From Candidatus Porifericomitaceae bacterium (GTDB lineage Bacteria > Pseudomonadota > Gammaproteobacteria > Porifericomitales > Porifericomitaceae), in contig OZ243038.1 in NCBI GenBank assembly GCA_965212005.1, positions 1,601,440 to 1,665,439 on the forward strand: 64,000 bases of DNA, read 5' to 3'. The translations under genes were made by a program, and so were the position numbers. Of the stretch, positions 49,957-59,745 are shown piece after piece (within the stretch, counting starts at the first letter, position 1; every line of letters begins with the position of its first letter). The notes below the pieces were generated by a model that saw only the letters and a program-made list of their open reading frames with translations, was not told the origin of the DNA and ran no database searches.

Positions 49957-50358
49957 TTATGCTGTCAAAGCAAGCCAAGCTTCCGCCGGTGTCTGATCAT
50001 CCAGACTCGAATGAGGCCGCTCCGCATTAGAATACATCATCCATACGTTGCTATCATCCCGTGGCCTCTCGAACCCTTTCCAGACATCGAAGTAACAAAC
50101 TCTCAAAATCTGCGCATTATCCATTGAAGCGAAATACGACTTGGTTGTCTTCAACAAAAAATATAATCGGCTTAGGGAAAAGCGTTCTGCCAATCTATGT
50201 GTCGCGGCGGCAATTGACACCGCACCCGCCCCACAAAATGGATCGAGCAGGCATCGGACGTCGGACGGAAACCACGGGAGGATGTATTGCGCAATGCGCC
50301 GTTTGCTTCCCCGATAGGGGAACGGGTGCGCGACATTAAGAGCGAAAACCATCGACAT
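49957..50358 (-). pseudogene. chimeric remnant: N-terminal fragment of a Dam-family N6-adenine DNA methyltransferase fused in frame to the tail of an IS3/rve-type transposase
   Basis: PFPYRGSKRRIAQYILPWFP...LLDPFCGAGAV (Dam motif I region) followed by ...VWMMYSNAERPHSSLDDQTPAEAW (integrase-core C-terminal signature). Confidence 0.5.
49996..50012. repeat. 17-bp direct repeat, copy 2
   Basis: See copy 1; lies within the transposase-tail coding remnant (encodes HSSLDDQ). Confidence 0.7.
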
Positions 50359-51040
50359 GATCCGAACTGCCGGCTCCCCTGTTGCGAGGACGTTTTATCG
50401 AAGACGAGAAACTGGACTTCTTATTTTTAATTGCCTTTACATGCTGAACATGAGCCCTGTTGTTTTTAATGTTAGCTCGCAGTCGGACTTTGCTGATTTT
50501 AGCGATGGTTTTCCTGATTTCCGTATTGGAAAGAATAGATTCGGTTTGAGACTTTATAAAACGTATAAGCCCGCCAGCATGGGTAACATTGCTTGGCATA
50601 TTTGTTTTGAAAGTGCTGTCGCCTACAAATACTACAACAGAAAATAATTTACTTTCGTGCATATTCAAACACGAAGATAATACTTTGATATGTTTGTAGT
50701 TCTGATGCAGAGGGTTTTGGAATGTGTATGTATGCTTGAATATCTTCTGAGTCCATTGTTTCTGACGAGCGGACCCAAAAATCCATCCTTTCATATTTTT
50801 TGTTTCGACCACAAAGATTCCATGTCTTGAAATAATGATGTGATCAATCTGGGTGCTCCCGTCCTCCGTTGGAAGCATTACATTCTTGAGTAGTTGATAT
50901 TTTTTTTTATCAAGCTGGAGCGAAAGTGCGACATTAACAATAAATTCACCCAATACCCCTTTGAACCAAGCAGTCTGTACAATCCCAATGATAATGAGAA
51001 AGAGAGAAGGTGCCAGTATGAGAAATGCTCCGATGCTCAT
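50336..51040 (-). CDS. NERD (nuclease-related domain) protein with N-terminal TM helix
   Basis: QIDHIIISRHGIFVVETKNMKGWIFG is the NERD core. Confidence 0.7.
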   Translation of the reverse strand: MSIGAFLILAPSLFLIIIGIVQTAWFKGVLGEFIVNVALSLQLDKKKYQLLKNVMLPTEDGSTQIDHIIISRHGIFVVETKNMKGWIFGSARQKQWTQKIFKHTYTFQNPLHQNYKHIKVLSSCLNMHESKLFSVVVFVGDSTFKTNMPSNVTHAGGLIRFIKSQTESILSNTEIRKTIAKISKVRLRANIKNNRAHVQHVKAIKNKKSSFSSSIKRPRNRGAGSSDHVDGFRS

Positions 51041-51071
51041 ATTAGTCGCATGAAAGCCCCATCGAGGGTGG

Positions 51072-51599
51072 CTAAGCGCTCATCTCCGTGAAGGTTGGCT
51101 CGTCGGCACCGCTCAATGCGACCTTCTTGGCAGGCTTGCTAGAGAGCTTTTTCAGTACATCTGCGAGCTCTGTTCTCGCACGTTGCAAGTTGATCTCATC
51201 CACAAAAGGTCGATCCACGCCCTCCTCGGCAGTGCTGATGTCCTTCTTCAACCTGGTCAAGGTCTTCCTTTGCTCCTGGCTGCTCTCGATGAGGCGTAAA
51301 TGCAAGCTGCGCAGGCAATTGTCCATCGACATCATTGCGCATCTCCAAGAGACGACGTGAATGTTTGCAGCAAGTCGCAATCCGTTGCCATGAGCTCCTT
51401 TCGGATGCCGACATTGGACGGGTCCTGCATGTATACAGATAGTTGCGCCCCCTTCTCTGCCAGGGTGCTTTGAGGCTCGGGATTCCCAGTCATGGGAGGG
51501 GAGCATAGCATCTGTGGGCAAGGAATCCAGGAATCCCGAGTAGTTCACTTGGCCCCTTGTCCAAATTTTTGGGTCTACTTCTGAAGTTGTGGTCGCCAC
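51072..51599 (-). CDS. hypothetical protein (possibly shorter, from internal MSMDN...)
   Basis: ORF only; C-terminal ~85 aa predicted helical/coiled coil; higher GC than its neighbours. Confidence 0.25.
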   Translation of the reverse strand: MATTTSEVDPKIWTRGQVNYSGFLDSLPTDAMLPSHDWESRASKHPGREGGATICIHAGPVQCRHPKGAHGNGLRLAANIHVVSWRCAMMSMDNCLRSLHLRLIESSQEQRKTLTRLKKDISTAEEGVDRPFVDEINLQRARTELADVLKKLSSKPAKKVALSGADEPTFTEMSA

Positions 51600-51746
51600 G
51601 TTTGAGCCTGCTGAATCATGCAGGCGAAATAGCGATAACCAGCATTTTCATTCGCCTTTTTAATCGCGTGTTACTTTGTAGCAATCACCTGCAAAGACTC
51701 AAAGTGATGCCTTTACAGACCGGACGTGAGTGCAAGGGGGCGCAGT

Positions 51747-52814
51747 TTACTGCGACCGAGTGCGTTGACTGGTCATATTTTTTACCAGGTTAAGTTGCCA
51801 GATTTTTTCCGCCCTGGCCCCCAGGTACCAGAAGCTCAGAGCCAGCAGTGCAAAAAATACAGCTTTATGGGTGCCATCCCAGAAATATTCGAAGAACCTT
51901 GTATAAAGATTGATGAAGATAAAGGTTAAACCAAAGCCTCGGGTCATTCCGTTATCAAATTTTACGCCGTGAAAGATGCTTATAATTGATGCCGCACCAA
52001 AAACGATCGACCAGTGGAACAATTCTATTTGTTTTACTCTTTCCCACGATTCCATATCACCATAATTCCCGAAAATAGAGATGATCCAAAGCGCAATAAA
52101 GAGATAGAGCAAACCAACGGCTCGTGTTGGTTTCAGGAATTCATTTCGACTCGGCCAATGATTAAAAACATATTCGCCAACGAAAATGAGGGCTGAACCA
52201 AACAGTACGAAACGCAACGGATAATTCATGCCGAGATAGTACGCTCCCCAGCCTGAAGCGTAACCCGTTTCAGCCCCAAACCAACTGCCTAAGGAGAGCA
52301 GGGAAAATAACCAGACCAGTTTAGACGGAAACCATAGTCCCAACAGGGCATAAATGATGGCCGCCAGCAGCAATAAAACAGAGAAATGGCCGGAACCGGT
52401 ATCTATTACTTTGCCCAAAAATACAATGGCTGTGGCGGTAGCGACAATGCCTAAAAAGAATATGGCTTCATTGCTGTAAATCTTCTCCGGAAATCTACCC
52501 TTTCTTTTAAAGCCAAGGAAATATAGAAAGCTCGCCAGCATGGCGAAACTCGCACACTTGACCCCATCAGGCACGTTAAACAATCGCTTAAATAGCTCAA
52601 CGAGCCATTCATCCGCCAGTGCGGATGCTATGGAAATAACGATGCAGGCAATGGCCAGCCAGAAGGAATATCTTGCCGTGCGCTTCCAGTCAAACGGCGT
52701 GACTTCATAGGAATGCTTAAGTTTCTGTGATTCCTGCCCGGAAATAATCCCGGCATCAAGCCAGTTCTGAATAGCCGTGCTCAGTATGCGCCCTTCTTTT
52801 TTTGAAACTTGCAT
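51747..52814 (-). CDS. DUF2157-like polytopic membrane protein
   Basis: 355 aa, ~10 TM helices, soluble N-terminal region; low GC. Confidence 0.55.
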   Translation of the reverse strand: MQVSKKEGRILSTAIQNWLDAGIISGQESQKLKHSYEVTPFDWKRTARYSFWLAIACIVISIASALADEWLVELFKRLFNVPDGVKCASFAMLASFLYFLGFKRKGRFPEKIYSNEAIFFLGIVATATAIVFLGKVIDTGSGHFSVLLLLAAIIYALLGLWFPSKLVWLFSLLSLGSWFGAETGYASGWGAYYLGMNYPLRFVLFGSALIFVGEYVFNHWPSRNEFLKPTRAVGLLYLFIALWIISIFGNYGDMESWERVKQIELFHWSIVFGAASIISIFHGVKFDNGMTRGFGLTFIFINLYTRFFEYFWDGTHKAVFFALLALSFWYLGARAEKIWQLNLVKNMTSQRTRSQ

Positions 52815-53000
52815 TCAGTTTTAATCCTTGTAAATCTAACGATTATACTCATCGTGGCGCAGGGGTTCCCCGGATTTTTGTTAAGTTTGCCTTTGTCCAT
52901 GCGTAACCCACAGAGTCTATTTCTAACGGACAGATCCTAATTTTTTAGCCCCTTTCAGAGGCAGCGGTCGTCACGCTGATATCGGGAAAATCGCCGACGA

Positions 53001-53112
53001 AATATGATACCCTAGGCGGATGCCCCAACTCGAATACATTGAAGCCCTAGAAAAACGGTTGTGGCCCGCCGCGGACACCTTGCGCGCGAACTCCAACTAC
53101 GACCGATTCTGA
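53001..53112 (+). pseudogene. duplicated 5' end of hsdM (30-codon remnant, [30 protein letters not shown]) plus its upstream 12 bp
   Basis: ~93% identical over ~100 bp to 55094-55198 (start of the intact hsdM); the pair flanks the darTG cassette. Confidence 0.65.
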
Positions 53113-53122
53113 AGATCAGACG

Positions 53123-53782
53123 GTGGAGGAACTAAAAACCTTGACGACACCGGTACCTGCTGATCCCAAAATCTATCATATTGTCCATGTAGATCGGTTG
53201 CCTTCAATTATTACTGAAGGTGGTCTTTGGTGTGATTCGGAGATTGCGCAACGCAAGCGACCGGGATCAGTCATCGGCATGAATAATATCAAACAGAGAC
53301 GGCTTAATCTACGCTTGAGTAGCCGCCCTGATTTATATGTTGGGAATTGCGTTCCCTTCTATTTTTGTCCTCGTTCTATCATGCTTTACATGATCCATAT
53401 AAAAAGCCCTGACTTGTCCTACACTGGTGGGCAAGAAACTATTGTCCATTTGGAGGCATACGTTAAAGAGTCTGTGTCATGGGCGGAACAGAATGAAACA
53501 CGTTGGGCTTTTACTTCGTCAAATGCTGGCGCATGTACCTTTGATGACTATTGTGACCTGGGTGAATTGAATAAAATTGATTGGACAGCCGTGCAGGCAA
53601 AACAATGGGTAGATCATAAGTACGGTAAACAGGCGGAATTTCTGTTGGAAAGTTACTTTCCATGGGAATTAATAAAACGTATTGGTGTATATTCAGAGTC
53701 AATCTATTGTCAAGCGGTCAAAGCATTTCTTGCCAATAGTCACCGTCCACAAGTAAAGATAATAAAAGCTTGGTATTATTAA
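53123..53782 (+). CDS. darT: DarT ssDNA thymidine ADP-ribosyltransferase toxin (DUF4433)
   Basis: IYHIVHVDRLPSIITEGGLWC N-terminal motif; catalytic QAEFLL motif; C-terminal ...WYY. Confidence 0.8.
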   Translation: MEELKTLTTPVPADPKIYHIVHVDRLPSIITEGGLWCDSEIAQRKRPGSVIGMNNIKQRRLNLRLSSRPDLYVGNCVPFYFCPRSIMLYMIHIKSPDLSYTGGQETIVHLEAYVKESVSWAEQNETRWAFTSSNAGACTFDDYCDLGELNKIDWTAVQAKQWVDHKYGKQAEFLLESYFPWELIKRIGVYSESIYCQAVKAFLANSHRPQVKIIKAWYY

Positions 53783-53798
53783 TAGAAGGGCGACAACG

Positions 53799-54860
53799 AT
53801 GATCGAATACAAGCGCGGTGATCTTCTGAAAGAAGATACCGAAGCGATTGTTAATACGGTGAATTGCGTCGGTGTTATGGGTCGAGGTATCGCGCTTCAA
53901 TTCAAAAAATACTTTCCGCAAAACTTCAAGGCATACGCGGCTGCCTGCAAGCATAAAAAAGTGCGGCCCGGGCGAATGTTCACCTTTGAGATCGGCGAGT
54001 TGACTAATCCCCAATACATCATCAATTTCCCGACCAAACGGCATTGGCGAGGAGCAAGCCGAATAGAGGATATCGAATCCGGCTTGCATGCGTTGGTCGA
54101 AGAAATCAGAAAGCACAAGATCCGATCTGTCGCCATTCCTCCGCTGGGCAGCGGTCTAGGTGGACTGGACTGGCAACAGATTCGCGCCCGAATAGATACA
54201 ATTCTTGGGGAAATCGATGAGGTTCAGATCATCGTCTATGAGCCGGAAGGCGCACCGGAAGCGGGCAGAATGGTGCGCAATCGCAAGGTTCCGAAAATGA
54301 CCTCGGGGAGAGCGGCACTCGTCAGTTTGATGCACCGTTACCTTGCTGGCCTGCTTGACCCGTTTGTGACATTGCTGGAAGTGCATAAACTGATGTACTT
54401 CCTGCAGATTGCGGGGGAACCATTAAAATTAAACTACGAAAAAGCCCTTTACGGCCCCTACGCCAAAGACCTTCGACATGTACTCAACCATATTGAGGGG
54501 CACTTGGTGTCCGGTTACGCAGATGGTGGCGATATGCCCAACAAGGAATTAAAACTGGTGCCGGGCGCACTGGAGGACGCGAACAAATTTCTCAGGAATA
54601 AAGCGAAAACCCGAGCGCGCCTTGAAAAAATTTCTGGCCTTGTTGAGGGATTTGAATCACCGTTTGGCCTGGAATTACTATCCACGGCTCACTGGATCAT
54701 AAACAACGAATCGCCTCAATCCATTGATGACGTTATTGACAAAACCTATGCCTGGAACGAGCGTAAGAAGCAGTTTTCACCGCGTCAAATTCGGTTGGCT
54801 TGCGATGTATTGGCAAAACAGGACTGGATAGAAGCCAGCTTAACCGGCCAACCCGAATAA
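53799..54860 (+). CDS. darG: DarG antitoxin (N-terminal macrodomain, C-terminal DarT-binding domain)
   Basis: Macrodomain signature AIVNTVNCVGVMGRGIALQF ... IPPLGSGLGG; 17-bp gap after darT. Confidence 0.8.
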   Translation: MIEYKRGDLLKEDTEAIVNTVNCVGVMGRGIALQFKKYFPQNFKAYAAACKHKKVRPGRMFTFEIGELTNPQYIINFPTKRHWRGASRIEDIESGLHALVEEIRKHKIRSVAIPPLGSGLGGLDWQQIRARIDTILGEIDEVQIIVYEPEGAPEAGRMVRNRKVPKMTSGRAALVSLMHRYLAGLLDPFVTLLEVHKLMYFLQIAGEPLKLNYEKALYGPYAKDLRHVLNHIEGHLVSGYADGGDMPNKELKLVPGALEDANKFLRNKAKTRARLEKISGLVEGFESPFGLELLSTAHWIINNESPQSIDDVIDKTYAWNERKKQFSPRQIRLACDVLAKQDWIEASLTGQPE

Positions 54861-55108
54861 AGTGTCAATGAGTTGCAGAGCATGCATTATTTATACGATC
54901 AAGTGTCGGCGCTGTTCTGGATGACTGGAAAACAAGCGGTTGCCGCACATTCAGGTCGAAGATGGACTGGGCCACACAACGTTATTCCGTTACCCCTACC
55001 CGATTGAAACCTTGCGGTTCGGATCCGTATCACTTTCCACCCCGGTGAGGAGCGTTTCGAGGTGTGCAATCCGGCGATGCAAACCTTAAAAATACGGTAC
55101 CCTAGGCG

Positions 55109-57218
55109 GATGCCCCAACTCGAACACATCGAAGCCATTGAAAAACGGTTGTGGACCGCCGCGGATACCCTGCGCGCGAACTCCAACTACGCCAGCAACG
55201 AGTATTTCCTGCCGGTCATGGGGCTGCTTTTCCTGCGCCATGCGTACAGCCGTTTCCTGGCTGTCAAAGTCGGGATTGAGAAGAATCTGCCCACCCGTGG
55301 CGGTAAACCCCGGGCGTTGATTAAGGAGGACTTCTCCCAACTAGGCGCGATTTTCCTCCGGCCCAAAGCGCAGTTTGCTCGTTTGGTGGCGTTGCCCGAT
55401 GGTAAAGATCGCGCCAAAGCCATCATTGAGGCGATGGAATTCATCGAGAAGGACTACAGCAACTTGCGCGGCATCCTGCCCAAGAAAGAATACCAGGACT
55501 TAAGCAACGACGTCCTCGGCCAGTTGCTGCGCACGCTCAACCCCGATGAGTTGAAAAAAGTATCGGGCGACGTCTTCGGTCGTATCTACGAATATTTTCT
55601 GGCCAAGTTTGCCGACCAGAAAGCCCACGACAATGGCGAATTCTTCACGCCCGTTTCACTGGTGTCACTGATCGCCCATGTGCTGGACCCCGAGGGCGGC
55701 ACGGTGCTCGATCCGGCCTGCGGTTCCGGCGGCATGTTCGTGCAGAGCGCGCGCATCGTCGAGGAGCACGGTCAAAACCCCATCGACCGGCTCACCTTCC
55801 GCGGCCTTGAGAAGAACGCCACCACCATTCGCCTCGCCAAGATGAACCTCGCCGTCCACGGCCTGGAGGGGAATATTCAGAAAGCCATCACCTACTACGA
55901 AGACCCGCACGATCTGCGCGGCAAAGCCGATTTCGTCATGGCCAATCCCCCGTTCAACGTGGACGAGATTGACGCGGACAAAGTCAAGACCGACCCGCGT
56001 CTGCCTTTCGGTCTGCCTGGCGTGAGCAAAAAGGACAAGGTCAGCAACGGCAACTACGTCTGGATCAGTTACTTCTACAGTTACCTGAGCGCCAAGGGAC
56101 GCGCCGGTTTTGTCATGTCCTCCCAGGCCTCCAGCGCCGGGGGCGGTGAAGCACAGGTGCGGCGGAAACTGGTGGAAAGCGGCGATGTGGACGTCATGAT
56201 CGCGATTCGCTCCAACTTCTTCTACACCCGCACCGTGCCCTGCGAATTGTGGTTCTTGAACCGCGCCAAGCCGAAGGAACATCGCGACAAGGTGCTGATG
56301 ATTGATGCGCGCAACGTCTACCGGAAGGTCACGCGCAAAATCTACGACTTCAGCCCGGAGCAGCAGCAGAACCTGCTGGCCATCGTTTGGCTTTATCGCG
56401 GCCAGACCGACAAATATCTCGGCCTTGTGTCCGGCTACTGCGCCAGAGTCATCGCGGAAAGCGCGGCCTGTTTTACCGCCGCGAATGAGGAAAGCGAATC
56501 AATCCAACCGCTGCCGGATTTCCTCGCCGCGCTCACCGCCCTGCACAATACGCTGGAACCGTTTCTCAAGACCCTTAACCCCAAAGATGCTCATGCCGAA
56601 ACACACAAGGAACTGATGGATGCCCTTCCCGCCTTTGAAGCGGACGTGGGGGCCTTCCGCAAAGCGGTTGCCAAACAGCAGACGGCATGGGCAAAACAAA
56701 AAACCAATAACGGCGCACTCAAAAAAGCGGTAGCTCGACTTGCGCCACTGGCTGAATCAAGCCGCGACCTGGTCAAACAGACCGATCTGCTCTACAAACT
56801 CGCTTCGCGCCTTGTCGAAACCTGCGAACAGTCCGCCAAGACCAACGGCACCCGGATCGACAAGGAAGTTGCCCGCGCCCGCAAAGCCGCTGATGAGTCC
56901 AGACGGCAAGCCGTGGAACAACTCAAACAGGTGCACTACTTTTGGCGGCAAGCGCACTGGCTCACCAAGCGTTTCCCCGACGCCGAACTGCGCGACGTGG
57001 AAGGGCTGGTCAAACTGGTTGACCGCAAAGAGATTGAAGCAAACGACTGGAGCCTGACCCCCGGCCGCTACGTCGGCGTTGCGCCGGAAGAAGAAGACGA
57101 GAACTTTGATTTTGAGGAAACGATGCGGGACCTCCACACCGAGTTGAAAGCACTCAACGCCGAAGCAGCCACGCTGGCGGCGGCCATTGATAAGAATTTT
57201 AAGGAAATGGGGATATGA
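55109..57218 (+). CDS. hsdM: type I restriction-modification system DNA methyltransferase subunit M
   Basis: HsdM_N motif [15 protein letters not shown]; SAM motif [10 protein letters not shown]; catalytic NPPF (VMANPPFNV); C-terminal [11 protein letters not shown]. Confidence 0.9.
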
Positions 57219-57740
57219 GCGGCGATAGAAAAATCGTCATCATCGCCGGCCCCAACGGTGCGGGTAAAACGACGTTCGCACGGGAATTCCTGCCCAAAGA
57301 ATCCGGCTGTTTGATTTTTATCAACGCCGACCTGATCGCAGGTGGCCTGTCTCCCTTTCAACCGGAAGCCGCCGCCATCCGTGCCGGGCGGCCTGATGCT
57401 GCAACAAATTGACAACTACGTAAAAAAGGGTGAAAGTTTTGCCTTTGAAACAACGCTTGCGAGTCTTGGGTACGTAAAAAAGATAAAAAAGTGGCGTGCA
57501 GTAGACTATAAGGTCAAACTGATTTTTTTGTCGCTTGCAACGCCCGAAGAGGCGACTAACCGAGTAAAATCACGTGTGGCGCAGGGTGGACACCCTATTC
57601 CAGAAGCCATAATACGCCGCCGATTTTCCAACGGCTTGAATAATTTTGAAAACATCTATCGCCACTGTGTGGATTATTGGCAACTCATCAATAACAGCAG
57701 TGCCATCCCGATCCTGATTGAGAAAGGAGAAAACCCATGA
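57215..57740 (+). pseudogene. zeta-toxin-like / AAA ATPase gene, split by a single-base frameshift near 57395
   Basis: ORF 57215-57412 ([19 protein letters not shown]...NADLIA...AAIRAGR) and ORF 57342-57740 (...[24 protein letters not shown]...) are contiguous in homologues; an extra C in the run gggcggcc shifts the frame; ATG overlaps hsdM stop. Confidence 0.6.
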
Positions 57741-57925
57741 AAAAACAAACTAGGCGCACTGCCATCGAGGATGACCCGGATATGCAAGGCGTCATGCCCG
57801 CTCTCCTCCGCGCGGCTAAACAGGCTCACAAAATTGCCCACCAGACAGGCACTAAAATTGTCATCATGCGCGACGGCAAGGTCGTGCACGTCCCCCCGGA
57901 CCCGGCGATGTATGAGGATATTTAA
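57737..57925 (+). CDS. small hypothetical protein (62 aa), translationally coupled (ATGA) to the preceding gene
   Basis: ORF only; could be an antitoxin-like partner of the zeta-like ATPase. Confidence 0.3.
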   Translation: MKKQTRRTAIEDDPDMQGVMPALLRAAKQAHKIAHQTGTKIVIMRDGKVVHVPPDPAMYEDI

Positions 57926-57956
57926 ACTTGGTTGGGCATGAAGAAAAATTGCAGAT

Positions 57957-58415
57957 ATGAGCAAAGCGCCGCCATACACGATCACCCCGCACATTCTCAC
58001 CCGCATTGAGCAAATCGGTGAAGCGATTGGCCGTGCGGAGGCGGCGGGCGTTTCACAGGATATGCGCTTGCGGCACATCAATCGCATCCGCACGATTCAC
58101 GGTACGCTTGCCATGGCGGGCAATGCCCTCAGCGTGGAACAAGTCGCCGCAATTTTCGATACAATGCATACCCCCCAAGAAGCCCCCCAAGTAACCTCCC
58201 AAGTAGAACGCTTGCTGTCGGTGCTTAAAGGTAAAGGGGAAATGTCACGGCAGGAAATCCAGCAGGCGATTGGGTTGAAAGACCGCAAGTCATTGCGGGA
58301 GCGGTATCTGTTGCCTGCATTACAAGGCGGATATATTGAAATGACGCAACCTGATACGCCTAATGCCAGGAATCAGAAGTATCGGCTTAGTTCGCGTGGG
58401 AGGGGGATGCGGTGA
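57957..58415 (+). CDS. Fic-family protein remnant: N-terminal helices and C-terminal winged helix retained, catalytic HPFx(D/E)GNGR core deleted in frame
   Basis: N-terminus ITPHILTRIEQIGEAIG...HGTLAMAGNALS and C-terminus LKDRKSLRERYLLPALQGGYIEMTQPDTPNARNQKYRL match RM-associated Fic proteins, but the total is only 152 aa. Confidence 0.5.
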   Translation: MSKAPPYTITPHILTRIEQIGEAIGRAEAAGVSQDMRLRHINRIRTIHGTLAMAGNALSVEQVAAIFDTMHTPQEAPQVTSQVERLLSVLKGKGEMSRQEIQQAIGLKDRKSLRERYLLPALQGGYIEMTQPDTPNARNQKYRLSSRGRGMR

Positions 58416-58437
58416 AAGACTTTAGGATGTTAAGAGC

Positions 58438-59646
58438 ATGAGAAGTTCACCCCTAACATCTCTTGCGGATATTGCTGAATCAGTTCAATACGGATACACC
58501 GCATCAGCATCCGATGCAGAAATAGGCCCAAAATTTCTACGCATCACAGATATCGTTCCTTCTCAAATTAACTGGGACACTGTTCCCTATTGCGAGATAG
58601 ATGAAACAACATTCGCAAGATTTTCCCTTGCGCCGAATGACATCGTCATAGCTCGTACAGGTGCAACTGTCGGATATGCCAAACTGATTCGAGACAATAA
58701 ACAATCCGTTTTTGCATCATATCTTGTTAGAGTTAGAGTTGATCCTGATAAGGCGGAGCCTGGCTACGTTGGGCTGATTGTTGAATCGAACGTTTACAAA
58801 CGTTTCGTTCGTTCACGTGTAGGGGGTGCAGCCCAACCTAATGCAAACGCAAAAGTTCTGTCGTCCTTTAAGTTCACTCTTCCTGAAAGATCAGTTCAGA
58901 TTCGGATTACTGCTATCTTATCTGCCTACGATGACCTGATCGAAAACAACCGACGACGAATTCAGTTACTGGAACAGTCAGCACGACTACTCTACAAAGA
59001 GTGGTTCGTCCACCTCCGCTTCCCCGGCCACGAACACACCACCATCACCGACGGCGTACCGGAGGGGTGGGAGCGGAAGAGTTACTCTGATTTGTTTAGA
59101 TTTCTCGGGGGATTCGCATTCAAAAGTGAAACTTATCAGATAGAAGGGAAGTTTGGGATTGTCACCATCAAAAATGTTCACGATGCGCGATTCATCACTG
59201 AGTGCCAATCAAGGCTTGATGATATACCAGAGAAAATGAAAGAACATTGCTCTCTTAACGCTGGGGATATCTTGTTGTCCCTAACCGGCAATGTTGGACG
59301 AGCATGTATTGTATTTGGCAATAATTATCTACTGAATCAGCGTGTAGCCAAAGTGGTTGGCAATAGTGGTATTTCTCGAAGCTTCACGTACTGGACATTT
59401 AGCAATGAAACGATCCAGAAAGAGCTGGAAAATCTCGCGTACGGTGTCGCGCAATTAAATCTTAGTCCAGTCAAACTGGGAAAAATAGAGTTCTTGAAAC
59501 CTTCGAGAAAGTTATTGGAGTTATTTGAAAAAATGACTGCCCCAATATTTCAGCAAATTATCACACTTAATTTGCAAATAGATCAAACTACCCAAGCACG
59601 CGACCTACTCCTGCCACGCCTTTTGAATGGGGTGGTCTCCGTATGA
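58438..59646 (+). CDS. hsdS: type I restriction-modification system specificity subunit S
   Basis: 402 aa; two target-recognition domains separated by the conserved central helix (LIENNRRRIQLLEQSARLLYKEWFVHLRFPGHE) and a C-terminal conserved helix. Confidence 0.85.
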   Translation: MRSSPLTSLADIAESVQYGYTASASDAEIGPKFLRITDIVPSQINWDTVPYCEIDETTFARFSLAPNDIVIARTGATVGYAKLIRDNKQSVFASYLVRVRVDPDKAEPGYVGLIVESNVYKRFVRSRVGGAAQPNANAKVLSSFKFTLPERSVQIRITAILSAYDDLIENNRRRIQLLEQSARLLYKEWFVHLRFPGHEHTTITDGVPEGWERKSYSDLFRFLGGFAFKSETYQIEGKFGIVTIKNVHDARFITECQSRLDDIPEKMKEHCSLNAGDILLSLTGNVGRACIVFGNNYLLNQRVAKVVGNSGISRSFTYWTFSNETIQKELENLAYGVAQLNLSPVKLGKIEFLKPSRKLLELFEKMTAPIFQQIITLNLQIDQTTQARDLLLPRLLNGVVSV

Positions 59647-59745
59647 TGCTTGTAGAATTAACCAACTTTATCGCTCTTGGTGAAAAAGTAATACCGTTTC
59701 TATGCGGAGGAACGGACTTTGTTCTAAAAGAGTAGCTGTTTGATT

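Noticed and set aside
55665-56282. 205-aa minus-strand ORF
   Set aside because: Antisense to hsdM.
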